DNA of 64,000 nucleotides, taken from the NCBI GenBank assembly GCA_048128005.1, contig JBEUKZ010000126.1, forward strand, positions 1 to 64,000. Direction: 5' to 3'. The notes under the pieces are model-generated. The model ran no database searches. It saw only the letters and a program-made list of their open reading frames with translations, and had not been told where the DNA came from. Below are positions 51,001 to 61,372 of this stretch, piece by piece (the first letter of the stretch is position 1; each line of letters starts with the position of its first letter). The DNA is from Veleropilina oligotropha (taxonomy: Eukaryota). The translations under genes and the position numbers were made by a program.

Positions 51001-54000
51001 TCATGTGATGCGGAGGAATACGCGCCAATGAAGTGACTGCTGAACAGATACACCCCCTAGTTGTGGGCTCGATGATTTTAACCATAGTTTTAACCATAAG
51101 ATAAATTGAATTGAAAATATTCTGATACTCTACATGTTCACGGATATCGCTTTGCATACAGCAAACATTTACTATAACTCTCATTCCAAATATTGGTTTT
51201 AAGGGTCTAAATTGAATATAAATTGATTCACAATCTTGTAATGCTGCGTGTTAGGCTGCATAAAATAAATCTTTAGATTCTCAGACATCGCGTGCATCAC
51301 CTTTTTCGATGCGCATCAGTCCTTTTTATTGCAAAAAAAACAAAACAATCTAAAATAATTTATAAACATTTTTAGAATAAAAATTCTTAAATAATTTTGA
51401 AGTCTGTTCTGGTAGAGCAAGCATGGGAGGGTTTGTCAGTTAAATATGACATTGCTGCCAATCAAATTCAGAATGGAATGTCAAAAAATTGGGCGCTCTT
51501 TCGGTACTTCCCCACAGCTCCGGCTTTTACTCAACTTTGGAAATCCGTTTTTTCATCTCAGACTTTGGACGCGTCGTTAATGTTAAATCCATGGGGACTA
51601 GCAACAGGTGAACCTCGGTCAGTCCAGGCTCACGGGGCGATCCGGTGTATATACGTTTGTAAAGCCAATACGTACCCATCACGTGTATCTTATCGCAAGC
51701 TGCATTTGCCTTTAGTAGAAGATAATACGCGGAGTGTGAAAATTTAAGATGAATACAAGCCGGAACTCCGTAAATATGATAAAAGCCGGAGCTGTGGGGG
51801 AAGTACCGAAAGAGCACCAAAAATTGTGTTCAAACAGTTTATGTGAAAATAGAGCTGTATTGAAAAAAATGTAAAAAGGCCTCCCTCATCCCTTTTAGCA
51901 GAAATAAAATAAAAAAGTCTTCTGCCCTCATCACCTTTTTCGAAAAGTGCCAGAGAATCGAAAAATTAAGTTTATACACCTTTAATCGTTTTATTGTGCT
52001 GTTTTTCCGTAGCGGCTTGAGGAGTTGGAGCATGAGGAGATGCTGAGAGAGCAGGCGGGATTCTACGACTCGGACAAGAGCGAGGAAGATGAGACCATGA
52101 AGGATATCCGCAAGACCGCGCGCAAGTAAGATCAGGAGGAACGTACATAAGTAAGGTCTGGAAGATTGCGTACAAGTAAAATCAGGAAGAACATCCATAA
52201 GTAAGGTCAGGAAGACCGCTCACAAGTAAGACCAGGAAGAACATACATAAGTAAGGTCAGGAAGACCGCTCACAAGTAAGACCAGGAAGAACATACATAA
52301 GTAAGGTCAGGAAGACCGCTCACAAGTAAGACCAGGAAGAACATACATAAGTAAGGTCGCACAGAATATAGACAAATTAGGTCACTGTAACAGTTGTTTT
52401 ATATTTTAGAATTCGTCAGAAGCGAGCCCTGACGATGTTGGAGTCGCATAGTAAGCGGAAGGTAGAGAAGCCACGATTACCGCGGACGGCCAAGAAGTTT
52501 GACCCGTCCCAACTGGAGAGCGAGATGGGGGAGCTCGGCATAGAGTTCGACAAAACAAGAAAGGTCGGCGATTATTGATTATCCCCCCAGTTTGACCCTC
52601 ATTTCTCCCCCAATTCCGCCCCCATCCCCCCTCACGCATGCCTGCCCTCATTTCCCGTCCTCTGCCCCTAATTCCCTCACCATTTATCCCCTCCTCACAC
52701 CTGCCCCCCACCCCGTTGTTCTCTATCCATCTCAAGACACTCTCAATCAGGTCACGCTATCTCTCTATATATATATATATATAACAGTGAATTTGGCCAA
52801 TTAGAACGAGCACAAACCAACAAACCGACAGTACTATATATATACACTGTAGCCTCGGTATAACGCGCCTCGATATACCGCGATATCGGTTATAACGCGA
52901 GGCAGATCATGGCTCCCAAAATTTTATACCATATATACCTACTTTCTATAAAATGAGTCGGTTTCATGATAATTTTAGCAAATTAAGGAACCATTTTACA
53001 AATTGCAAAACGAAATCGATACTTTTATTAAAATTAAAATCTACCTTGATTCATCTTGATTGTAAATGATTCTTTTAAGTTTATTCATACATCATTGTCT
53101 TGTTAACTTAATCCCTTTACACACGGAAACAATGGAAAGTAAGTTTGTTGACTCTGAAACATGGCCGACGGCTTGGGTCTACGGTCGCTTAGGACAATGA
53201 CAAATTTACTTGCTAACATTAAATCTGTACATGTACTAATAAATATTTTATTACACTTGTTGTTTTGTAAACAAATATGAAATAAACATTGATGTTTTAA
53301 GCGTTGTATGATCAAGTTTGGTATGCGCCCTTTGATCAAATTCACACATTTATATATAATCCGTATTAAAAATACCAGAAGGACAACTTTAATACTAGGA
53401 CAATTCAGCATTAACACTTTTTTAATACCGACATAGCTAAGTTGGTTTGAATCACCATTGTGTGTTTCACACATTAATATAATCCGTATTACGCAAATGT
53501 AAGCACAATTACACTCGCCGTTCATGAAAGGCTATTTTAATACCATGAACACTATTCATTTACAATGCAGCAACTTGGGTCTACGGCCGCTTAGAACAAA
53601 GACAAACTGTTAACGATTAGTAAATCACATACTGAATGATATCACGTGATGGAAAATTTATTGTATTCCCGTTGTAAATGACATCTATATGTATATTAAT
53701 TACAAATATCATTACATTATTTTAATTTCGCTTATTTTTTAAATGCAATGCCCTCCGCATTTTACATATTTTTCGGCAGCTCATTTATAACGCAACGACC
53801 TCTGAACTCCATGGATAAACAAAACAACACCCCAAAGATTTCACACGCACGTGATATTCCTAGTCACAGAAGAGCGAGCGGCTATTGATCAGTGCAAAAC
53901 AAAAGAAACGATTAAATGCACTTGCAGCTTAATTGGGTTACTATGAACATGAACTACATTTCACCACCGTATAATACGCTATGAACACAACAGACAACAA

Positions 54001-57000
54001 AGCTTTTATTGCAGATTTAAATTAAAACACATGTTGAAACAATCGGAGTTACATTTATAAAATTTCCCCGTCAGACAGGTAAATATATATAAACTATATA
54101 TATATATATATATAACATTTCAAAATAGCTATAATAAATGTTATATTTGCTGCATTCATCATTTTATTTATTTTCCTCTCATATACACATTAATTACAAT
54201 GACATTAGCATATTCATGACAGCTTTTCAATAGACAATATTCGTATACCGCGGATCGGTTATAACGCGGTGCGTGTCCACTTGGACCCCAATACCCGCGT
54301 TATACCGAGGCTACAGTGTACAGTGGAACCCACTTAATTGCATATCGCATAATTGCATAATCCGGATATTTGCATATAAACTCTGGGAACAGAATATTTT
54401 GCTATTATTATCATATGCAAATATTGGGTTAATCGCATGGATAATTATTCGTTTCCCGCTTATTTGCATAAGAAATTTTCGACCGCATAATTGACAAAAC
54501 AATACATAATTGATAATAAAATCGTTAAATTGATCAAAATATTTGCGTATTTACCAGTATGTCTTGCTATGCCATTGTAAAGATGTTTATTCAACAGTAA
54601 CATTTGAAGTTTGAACCATTTCTGCAACCTCGTGACACGATAAACGGATTAAAGGGGATTAAAAATGTATTGTCCTGAATCCAAATGACAGACTGTTGAG
54701 TTTATATCTGAACGCAAAATTGAAGATTAGGCTTATTCACACGAACAGCACTTAGTTCGCCGATAAATTACATAATTCTAAGACAACAACAACATTTGTA
54801 ACAATTAACACGACATCCTACAAAATGAGAAGTATTATCTCCCCTGATCTAGTTGCCGCTTGCGAACTAGGGTGATTTAATTATTATTTTAATTATGCCC
54901 CGGGACGATAGTCCGGAGGGGCATATTGCTTTCACTCTGTCTGTACGTACGTACGTACGCTGTTTTGGTTAAAGTTTTTCATTGAGTGTATATGGCTTGC
55001 CCAAGGGACTTTTTGGCTTATATATGCAGTAGTATTGATTATATGGATGTTACCTGATACGCTAGCAGTGATAATGAATAAAATTTAATTCATTTAAAGG
55101 GTTTGTGAACCAAACTCATAATATAGACGAAATTTGACTCTGCGGCATATTCCTATCATAGTATTTGTTGCGTTAGTCTTTCACGAGTGTCCGCGTTTAT
55201 TGTAAGTTGACCTGGCGAAATAATCAATCAGCTCAAGAATAGTAATATTTTCAGGTCAGGGGTCGAATTTGACGTCACAGTAGACTAGTCGCTCGGAATC
55301 TTTACAATTCGACGGCAACACTATTGTCCGCTAATTGATTACTCAACCGGAACAATAGCATTAGGATTCGTGGGTCTAGTGTGTCGTCACCTAATAAATG
55401 TTCGAGATATTTCGGGGTGACTTGTTAAGGATCTTCTGTATCCATGTTTTGATAATCTAAATCATTGCGCTACTAATAAGAGAATAAATAAATATACGAT
55501 AGCATTATTATCAGCCAGAATATATTATGTGTTCACATGCCCTTTAATGCAAATAAAGTGGTGTTTTTGAACATAGAAATTCCGGTTAAAGTTTTTGGTT
55601 AAAGTTTTTCATTGAGTTTATATGGCTTGCTTAAGAGCCTTTTTGGCATATACATGCTTTGATATAGATTATATGGATGTTACCTGGTGCTCTGGCAGTG
55701 ATATTGAATACAATTTATTTTAATTAATGCAAATAAATTGGTGGTTTTGAACATAGAAATTTTGGTTAGAATTTTCGGTTAAAGTGTTTGGTTAAAGTTT
55801 TTCATTGAGTGTATATGGCTTGCTCAAAGAAATTTTTGGCATATATATGTTGTGGTATTGATGATATGTATGTTACCTGATACCCTGGAAGTGATATTGA
55901 ATAAAATTTAATTTTATTAATTCAAATAAAGTGATGTTTTTTAACATAGAAATTCTGATTCGAATTTTCGGTTAAAGTTTTTCATTAAGTGTATATGGCT
56001 TGCTCAAGGGACTTTTGGCATATATATGATTTGATATTGATTATATGGATGTTACCTGATAGTCTGGCAGTGATATTGAATAAAATTTAATTTAATTTAT
56101 GCAAATAAATTGGTGTTTTTAACATAGAAATTCTGATTAGTATTTACGGTTGAAGTTTTTCATTGAGCATATATGGCTTGCTTAAGGGACTTTTCGGCAT
56201 ATATTATATGCTTTGGTATTGATTATATGAATGTTACCTGAGACTTTGGCAGTGATATTTGTTAAAATTGAGTTAATTATTGGAAATAAATTGGTGATTT
56301 TTAACATATAAATTCTTATTAGAATTGTCAGTTAAAGTTTGTATTAAGGGTCTTTTCGGCATATGTATGCTTTGGTATTGATTATATGGATGTTACCTGG
56401 AACTCTGGTAGTGATATTTAATAAAATTGAATTCGTTATAATAATTGCAAATAAATTTGTGTTTTTAACATAGAAACTCTGGTTAAAGTTTTCCTGTTTA
56501 TGTGTATGGGCTGCAGAAGGCTCTATTCGGAATATATTTATATGATTTGGTATTATTATATGGATGTCACATGGCAGTGATAGTGACTAAAATTTAATTT
56601 AATTATTGCATAAAATTGGTGTTTTTAGACATAGAAACTTTGTTAAAATTTTCAGTTAAAATATTTTCAAGGAGTTCATATCGGTGATCAAGACCCTTTT
56701 TGTATACACATACTTTGGTAGTTAATATATTGATGCTGCCGGGGCATACCCATGTTCCGGGGAACATAGTTTTTCTAGTTTTATATGAAGACAATGTCTT
56801 ATAATGTTTTTTATATCAAATCATAATATACTGTAATACTTAAATCTCGCCAGAAATAATTATTCAATAACTGTAAACAAAAATCGATTAGAGATTAAAA
56901 CAGGCTAATTTTTCAACATTGCGGCCAATAACGCGACACGTGTTCAGCAGAAGAGAAACGTTCTGAAAATGAATTTCCACACCATAGTAATGTATGAAAT

Positions 57001-58501
57001 GCGACGATACGCTTTCAAAACCTATATCAATTCTACTGAAACAGGCTAATCACCTTCAGGTCAGAATAACCCCAAAATATTGTGTATGCAATCCGTATTT
57101 ATCATTTTATGGAATGAAAATTGCATTTAGTATGGTTTACAAATACATTTATTACCAGAACATATTTATAATAAAGTTAACTATTTTAAATACAAGTAAT
57201 TATCGTCGATGATTTCCGGCGAAAAATAATTTCCAAAATTTACCGATTTGTTTAAAACGGTTAAACGCATAATCCGGATAATCGCATAAATAATCGCGAC
57301 AATCTCGCTATGCAAATAAGCGGGTTCCACTGTATAGATGCTCCAATTCACAAGAGTCTGTTACAATCCTTGACTGGACACTTTGCTGAACTAACAATAG
57401 TTGTTCATAACTTCGTTGTTTTGGGAAAGTTTTTATTGAGCCACCAGTCTTTCCTTCCCCAATAATATGGACATGACCTGGTATGAACCCGAACGGTATT
57501 ACAAGGGTACATTAAGCATTGCTCCAACTATTCTAAGTTTATTGCTTAATTAGCACTATGATCTGAACCATCGATGTGTTTACGATTAGTTATAAATGCA
57601 CATTCATATTTTACATAATATTCAATATGCCATGTTTTAAAAATAACAGTGCAGATCTACTAAATTAATAAATATTAATATCAATCTTAGTGTGTTTATC
57701 ATTTTATTAAAAAGGAGAATTATAATTTTGTTAAAATTGTCCTTTTATAAAGATGATATTTCTGGCAGCTAAGCAAGAACAAAGTTGGTGGATAGAGTTT
57801 TAAACTCTTATGTTATAATATAGCATATTGAACATTTTCTGCCAAAAATGATGGGATCTTTGAGATACCACTCTGATATTTAATCTAGTTAAGTCTTTGG
57901 AGTTCCTTTTGTGACTATAACTCATTTACATTTATTTTTAAATTAATACTTGCCATTCTCATCTTTGTAGGCCCATTACTCGCTGACTCGATCCAGAAGT
58001 GCGAGTCGTAAAACTCGGAAGCGGAAACGGGAAGCATCCAACGCGGACTCCGGACGGAGCACGTCACGAGCCCGCAGCACGTCACGAGCCCACAGCAGCT
58101 CGCAGACGCCGCGCGATAAATCTGGCATGCGGGATGAAGCGGTGAGCTATCATTCAACAGATTATAGGTTCTACCTGATGATGATGGCATGATGTATTTA
58201 TTTCTCTGTTAAATAGTTGCACTAATGATTTAGATTATTTATGCATTCAAACAGAGGATACCTAGCTAACGGTATTGAAATATCTCAGAAAATAATTGGC
58301 AACAATCCAGACCAAATCTATGATGAATCATTTCTGTGTTCTTTTCAGATGATAAAGAAGGCGAGATGGATTGCGAAGAAGGCACAGAAGCCGCGGAACC
58401 AAATGGCGAGGAAGGGAGAGGGAGACAGGAAGATCCTGGACATGAAACCCAAGCATCTGTTCGCCGGGAAACGTGGCATCGGAAAAACATCGAGACGTTA
58501 A
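21057..58501 (+). CDS. GTPBP4: Nucleolar GTP-binding protein 1 (NOG1/GTPBP4), 17 coding exons, 644 aa
   Basis: Exons: 21057-21104, 33138-33308, 34362-34465, 35244-35327, 37870-38023, 40231-40323, 43621-43770, 45535-45642, 46422-46511, 48269-48379, 49083-49163, 49757-49808, 50294-50391, 52013-52125, 52410-52563, 57971-58141, 58349-58501. All GT-AG, phases consistent, total 1935 nt. [13 protein letters not shown] start, G1 [10 protein letters not shown]3 DTPG, G4 NKVD, C-terminal [11 protein letters not shown]. Confidence 0.97.
22100..23017. mobile_element. CAG-terminated MITE, TSD TATAT
   Basis: CAGCCCTCAA / TTGAGGGCTG. Confidence 0.7.
23111..25246. mobile_element. Tc1/mariner(pogo)-type MITE, TA TSD
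   Basis: TA|CTGTAAATCA ... TGATTTACGG|TA. Confidence 0.7.
23806..24819. mobile_element. CAG-terminated MITE, TSD ATACAG/ATACAA
   Basis: CAGCCCTCGCAATTA / TAATTCCGAGGGCTG; subterminal AGGTCGGCA repeats. Confidence 0.75.
27693..29065 (+). mobile_element. Helentron-associated (HINE/DINE-like) non-autonomous element with ~420-bp internal repeats
   Basis: 5' AACCCCAGC...GCTGGGGTT inverted repeat, internal TGACCTTTGACC-rich repeats, 3' GCTGGGGTT plus short hairpin followed by T-run. Confidence 0.6.
34097..34382 (+). repeat. 47-bp tandem array spanning the GTPBP4 exon 3 acceptor (6 acceptor copies)
   Basis: TTTTAG|GATAT with AG ending at 34126, 34173, 34220, 34267, 34314, 34361. Confidence 0.95.
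35398..35487 (+). repeat. 15-bp minisatellite (TTTATCACCTTGACC) x~6
   Basis: Directly visible tandem array in intron 4. Confidence 0.9.
35541..37244 (+). mobile_element. Non-autonomous piggyBac element
   Basis: TTAA TSDs (35537-40, 37245-48); TIR CTCTTTAGCATTTA / TAAATGCTAAAGGG; decayed transposase N-terminus (FTVRHGPT...); internal ~360-bp duplication. Confidence 0.8.
38327..39677. mobile_element. CAG-terminated MITE, 6-bp TSD AATAGG
   Basis: CAGGCATGAGACT / AGTCTCATGCCTG flanked by AATAGG on both sides. Confidence 0.85.
39980..40157 (+). repeat. ~59-bp AT-rich minisatellite upstream of exon 6
   Basis: Three copies of TTGCTTCAAGTTAC...TATATATTACATCAAGTCACTC. Confidence 0.8.
41086..43363 (+). 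mobile_element. Kolobok-type DNA transposon, internally deleted
   Basis: TTAA TSDs (41082-85, 43364-67); TIR GGGGAGATCC / GGATCTCCCC; transposase remnants with CPDC...CHIC zinc ribbon and terminal YGAGQF. Confidence 0.8.
41810..42507 (+). pseudogene. Transposase remnant (N-terminal zinc ribbon joined to C-terminus, catalytic core missing)
   Basis: Overlapping ORFs 41810-42325 and 42295-42507 in different frames; no DDE core visible. Confidence 0.7.
44103..45151. mobile_element. CAG-terminated MITE, 6-bp TSD TTGTTT
   Basis: CAGGCCTTGCG / CGCAAGGCCTG flanked by TTGTTT. Confidence 0.85.
46648..48222 (-). mobile_element. Helentron-associated (HINE-like) element with internal tandem repeats
   Basis: ACTAG plus hairpin at the left end, GTATC(C/G)CCCG...CGGGGATAC inverted repeat at the right end, repeated GGCCATCTTGGAGGTC units. 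Confidence 0.6.
48780..49025 (-). mobile_element. tRNA-derived SINE (related copies at ~16619-16860, ~19699-19895, ~33716-33930, ~37480-37700)
   Basis: tRNA-like head with A-box and GGTTC(G/C)AATC B-box, followed by a shared non-tRNA body ending GGACATGTCCTGCCTTGAACC...ATATACAGGACA. Confidence 0.75.
51492..51818. mobile_element. GG-terminated MITE, 8-bp TSD AAAAATTG (Merlin-like)
   Basis: ~37-bp TIR GGCGCTCTTTCGGTACTTCCCCACAGCTCCGGCTTTT and its inverted copy. Confidence 0.75.
52112..52358 (+). repeat. 25/50-bp tandem array spanning the GTPBP4 exon 14 donor
   Basis: AA|GTAA(G/A) every 25 bp from 52126 to 52351 (10 copies), organised as a 50-bp dimer. Confidence 0.95.
52845..54318. mobile_element. 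Tc1/pogo-type MITE, TA TSD
   Basis: TIR CACTGTAGCCTCGGTATAACGCG / CGCGTTATACCGAGGCTACAGTG. Confidence 0.85.
54890..56779 (+). mobile_element. Helentron-associated element with ~180-bp satellite array
   Basis: TATGCCCC...GGGGCATA 5' inverted repeat, (GTAC)n microsatellite, ~7 tandem ~180-bp units, 3' CCGGGGCATA, hairpin and CTAGT. Confidence 0.7.
55098..55543. mobile_element. Kolobok-like MITE, TTAA TSD
   Basis: TTAA|AGGGTTTGTGAAC ... GTTCACATGCCCT|TTAA interrupting the first satellite unit. Confidence 0.75.
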
Positions 58502-58553
58502 AGCCTGCTCAGATTGTTGCATTTGGGAACCGTAGTTTGCGATTTGGAACTTT

Positions 58554-58559
58554 AATAAA
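58554..58559 (+). promoter_or_regulatory. Candidate polyadenylation signal of GTPBP4
   Basis: AATAAA ~50 nt after the stop codon, followed by T/GT-rich sequence. Confidence 0.5.
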
Positions 58560-58780
58560 AGGATTGAAAATCGTGATTTGTTTATTTGCATTAGGAAATC
58601 TATGTCATATTAGCAGGTCAAGTGACGGACAACTTCATATTATCGGTAGAAGGGTGAATGTATTATATGTACCATATTGTAGACCTTGTCGTATGATATT
58701 GCCAGTCATCATTATAATAATAATGGTCATTTATATTGGTCTATATCCACCGAAGAATACATGCTCATAGCGCTACAATG

Positions 58781-58951
58781 ATGTTATCAGTTATTGTGTG
58801 GGTTCTCGCACATCGGAAACCTCGAGTGACGTCGTTGTTTTTGCGGCGGATTAATCGCGAGAACGAAGTTCGAGCGATTTATACGCCGCAAAAACTACGA
58901 CGTCACGAGAGGTTTCCGATGTGCCAGAATCCACACAATAACTGATAACAT
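58781..58951. repeat. Long imperfect palindrome (~171 bp)
   Basis: ATGTTATCAGTTATTGTGTGG...CCACACAATAACTGATAACAT with ~80-bp arms; a shorter palindrome of similar architecture lies at ~60063-60171. Confidence 0.85.
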
Positions 58952-60835
58952 TTTTATTATATGCCACAACAAGTTTCTTATTGAATCGAAAGATTATGGT
59001 AATTTTAGTCACGAATCTGTAAGGGAGGTTGAAATATTGGAAGTAGCTCCTAAGATTTGTCAGCCATTTTGAATATATAAGCAGGAGACGTTTTCCTGTG
59101 AATATATAAGCAGGAGACGTTTTCTGAATCGATATTAGCTGTGTCCGTGATACAGGGTCTCGGAAAACTGCGTGAGAATAGGCGTCAGAAAACGACTGGC
59201 ATATAATAAATTATTATTATTTCTTGGCTGCCAGCCGGTTCTTGTTGATATTGCATCTCGGCTCTCTCTATGAGTACTACGTACAGTCAAGATGTGCTAC
59301 GTCTTGATGCACTGAGTTTATGTCGGTGAAAACCAGTTATCCACTCAGATCGGTTGGAACCCAGGTACATATGCTTATTTCTTGCCCAGTGAAATTGGCC
59401 GCGACTGGGGATTGAACCATAATCTGGATCCAGAGGTTCGTACTCTACCACAGAGACACGACGTCGGTAGGATAATGTATTATCATCTTCGGAGCACTGC
59501 TATTGATATAATACTTGACAGAAAACGATCTCATTCACTGTGATTAGCACCAATAATGAAAGTCACATCAATACACGGGAGTCTTGCATTGTAAAATAAC
59601 AGGGCCGCCAGGTGGTCGAGTGGACAAAAGCATGGCTCCCGATTTACGAGAGTGGTTTCGAATCCCTAGTTCTACACTTGGTCAATTAACAATCACTGTG
59701 GTCCATAATAATGATTGGTGGGCGTTTTCCAGGTCACCAGGATTTCCTGGGGCAATATGAACAAGTCTCAATATATTACCGTGATGATGATATTGCAATT
59801 CAATTGAAGAAAAACACCAAATAAGCTGCAGAGTAGTAATGTTTAGGTGGGGATTATCATTCATGACAATTAAACACTGTGCTGGTTCATGTCCATATCA
59901 AACGTGCATATCGATGCCAACCGTGGACCCTCCATTTAAAGGCAGTAGAGGAGTTCTCAATATTATTCCCAGCAAATATTGTTTGTGGGAGACCACTCAT
60001 CCATGCAATTTTTTCGAGCATACCTTTTGTGGGTGTATTATATACATGGTGGTGATGTAATGGATATATGCCGAACGACGATCCATTATTAAAAATATCG
60101 GACTGGCCGAGGCGCGATAGCGCCAAGGCCGGTTCGATGTTTTTAATAATGGATCGTCTGAGGCTTATATCTTACTAAACTATTGTTTATTACTTAACAA
60201 ATTATTTATATGCGCTCAAATAATACAACTTCAATGTTAATATTAACAGCTATAATAAAATATTTTAGTGCTAATTTTAATACTGAAGTCAGCTTGTTTG
60301 AACTCCGTCTTTGCATCGTCTGCGGCGAGCTAATTGTTTCATTGTTGGCGTGTAAGGCTATTGTATTAATATTAGACTGCACGCATTTTGTGGGGAAATC
60401 TGGCTCGTTTAGACTGACCTCGCACGTGAAATTCATTTCATCTACATAGTTCAGTGGGCAGTTGAAAGGCATGTATCAACGTGAACACATCAAGAGAAAT
60501 TTATCGCAAACAATTCGGATATTTATACGAGCGCTGCCGAATCATTTCGACCAATGTTGTCGATTTAAGTTTGATTATAACATTCTGGATATATTACACG
60601 TATGGATGTATTTCACGGAATTTGAAGCATATTCTTCATTTACCTGGATTATAAAGGATACCATTTATCGGCATATGATGGAGTAAAATTGCTGTTTGCC
60701 TCTTAATTGCGCCATTACTATTCATTGTCAACATACTGGATAGCGTCATTGTTACCCATTGTCAACATATTGGATCGCGGCATTGTTTCCTTTGTCAACA
60801 TATTGGCCTGGGCAGCTCAGAGTGATCCATTATTA

Positions 60836-61372
60836 GAAACAAGAGCCATCAGAAGATGACATATCCCCCCGGTGCACAGATGTCTCACACAGAAGATGCG
60901 GCAAGGAAATCATAGTCATCAGTAACTAAGCATGTCTTTTATATCGAGCGGTATATGAGATATGCTCTGGAAAAGAGATCGATTAGAATTTACAACAAGG
61001 GCAATAACTCTGTTAATAATCGCCGCACAACGGCGAAACTGGCAAAAGGCACCAGTTCACCGACTACTTAATACACCCAGCAAGTTTCGTAAAGTTATGT
61101 CGAGCGGTGTATGAGATATGCTCCGGAAACGATATCAATTAGAATTTACAACAAGGGAAATAACTCTGTTAATAATCGCCGCTCAACGTCGAACCTGGCA
61201 AAAGGCACCAGTTCACCATGTCCATAATACACCCACCAAGTGTCGTAAAGATATGAAAAGCAGTTTATGAGGTATGCTCCGGAAACGAAATGATTACGGA
61301 CGGACAGACGGACGGACGGACGGACGGACATGCTGATGACTATATCCCCCCGCATTTAATGCCGGGGGGATA
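60836..61372 (-). mobile_element. Short HINE-like element with ~160-bp repeats and (GGAC)n
   Basis: TATCCCCCC...GGGGGGATA terminal inverted repeat, GACG microsatellite, two to three internal repeats. Confidence 0.6.

Larger units (their letters stand above)
54321..57332. mobile_element. Tc1/pogo-type MITE sharing a TA with the previous element; hosts a HINE
   Basis: CAGTGGAACCC / GGGTTCCACTG with flanking TA. Confidence 0.8.
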
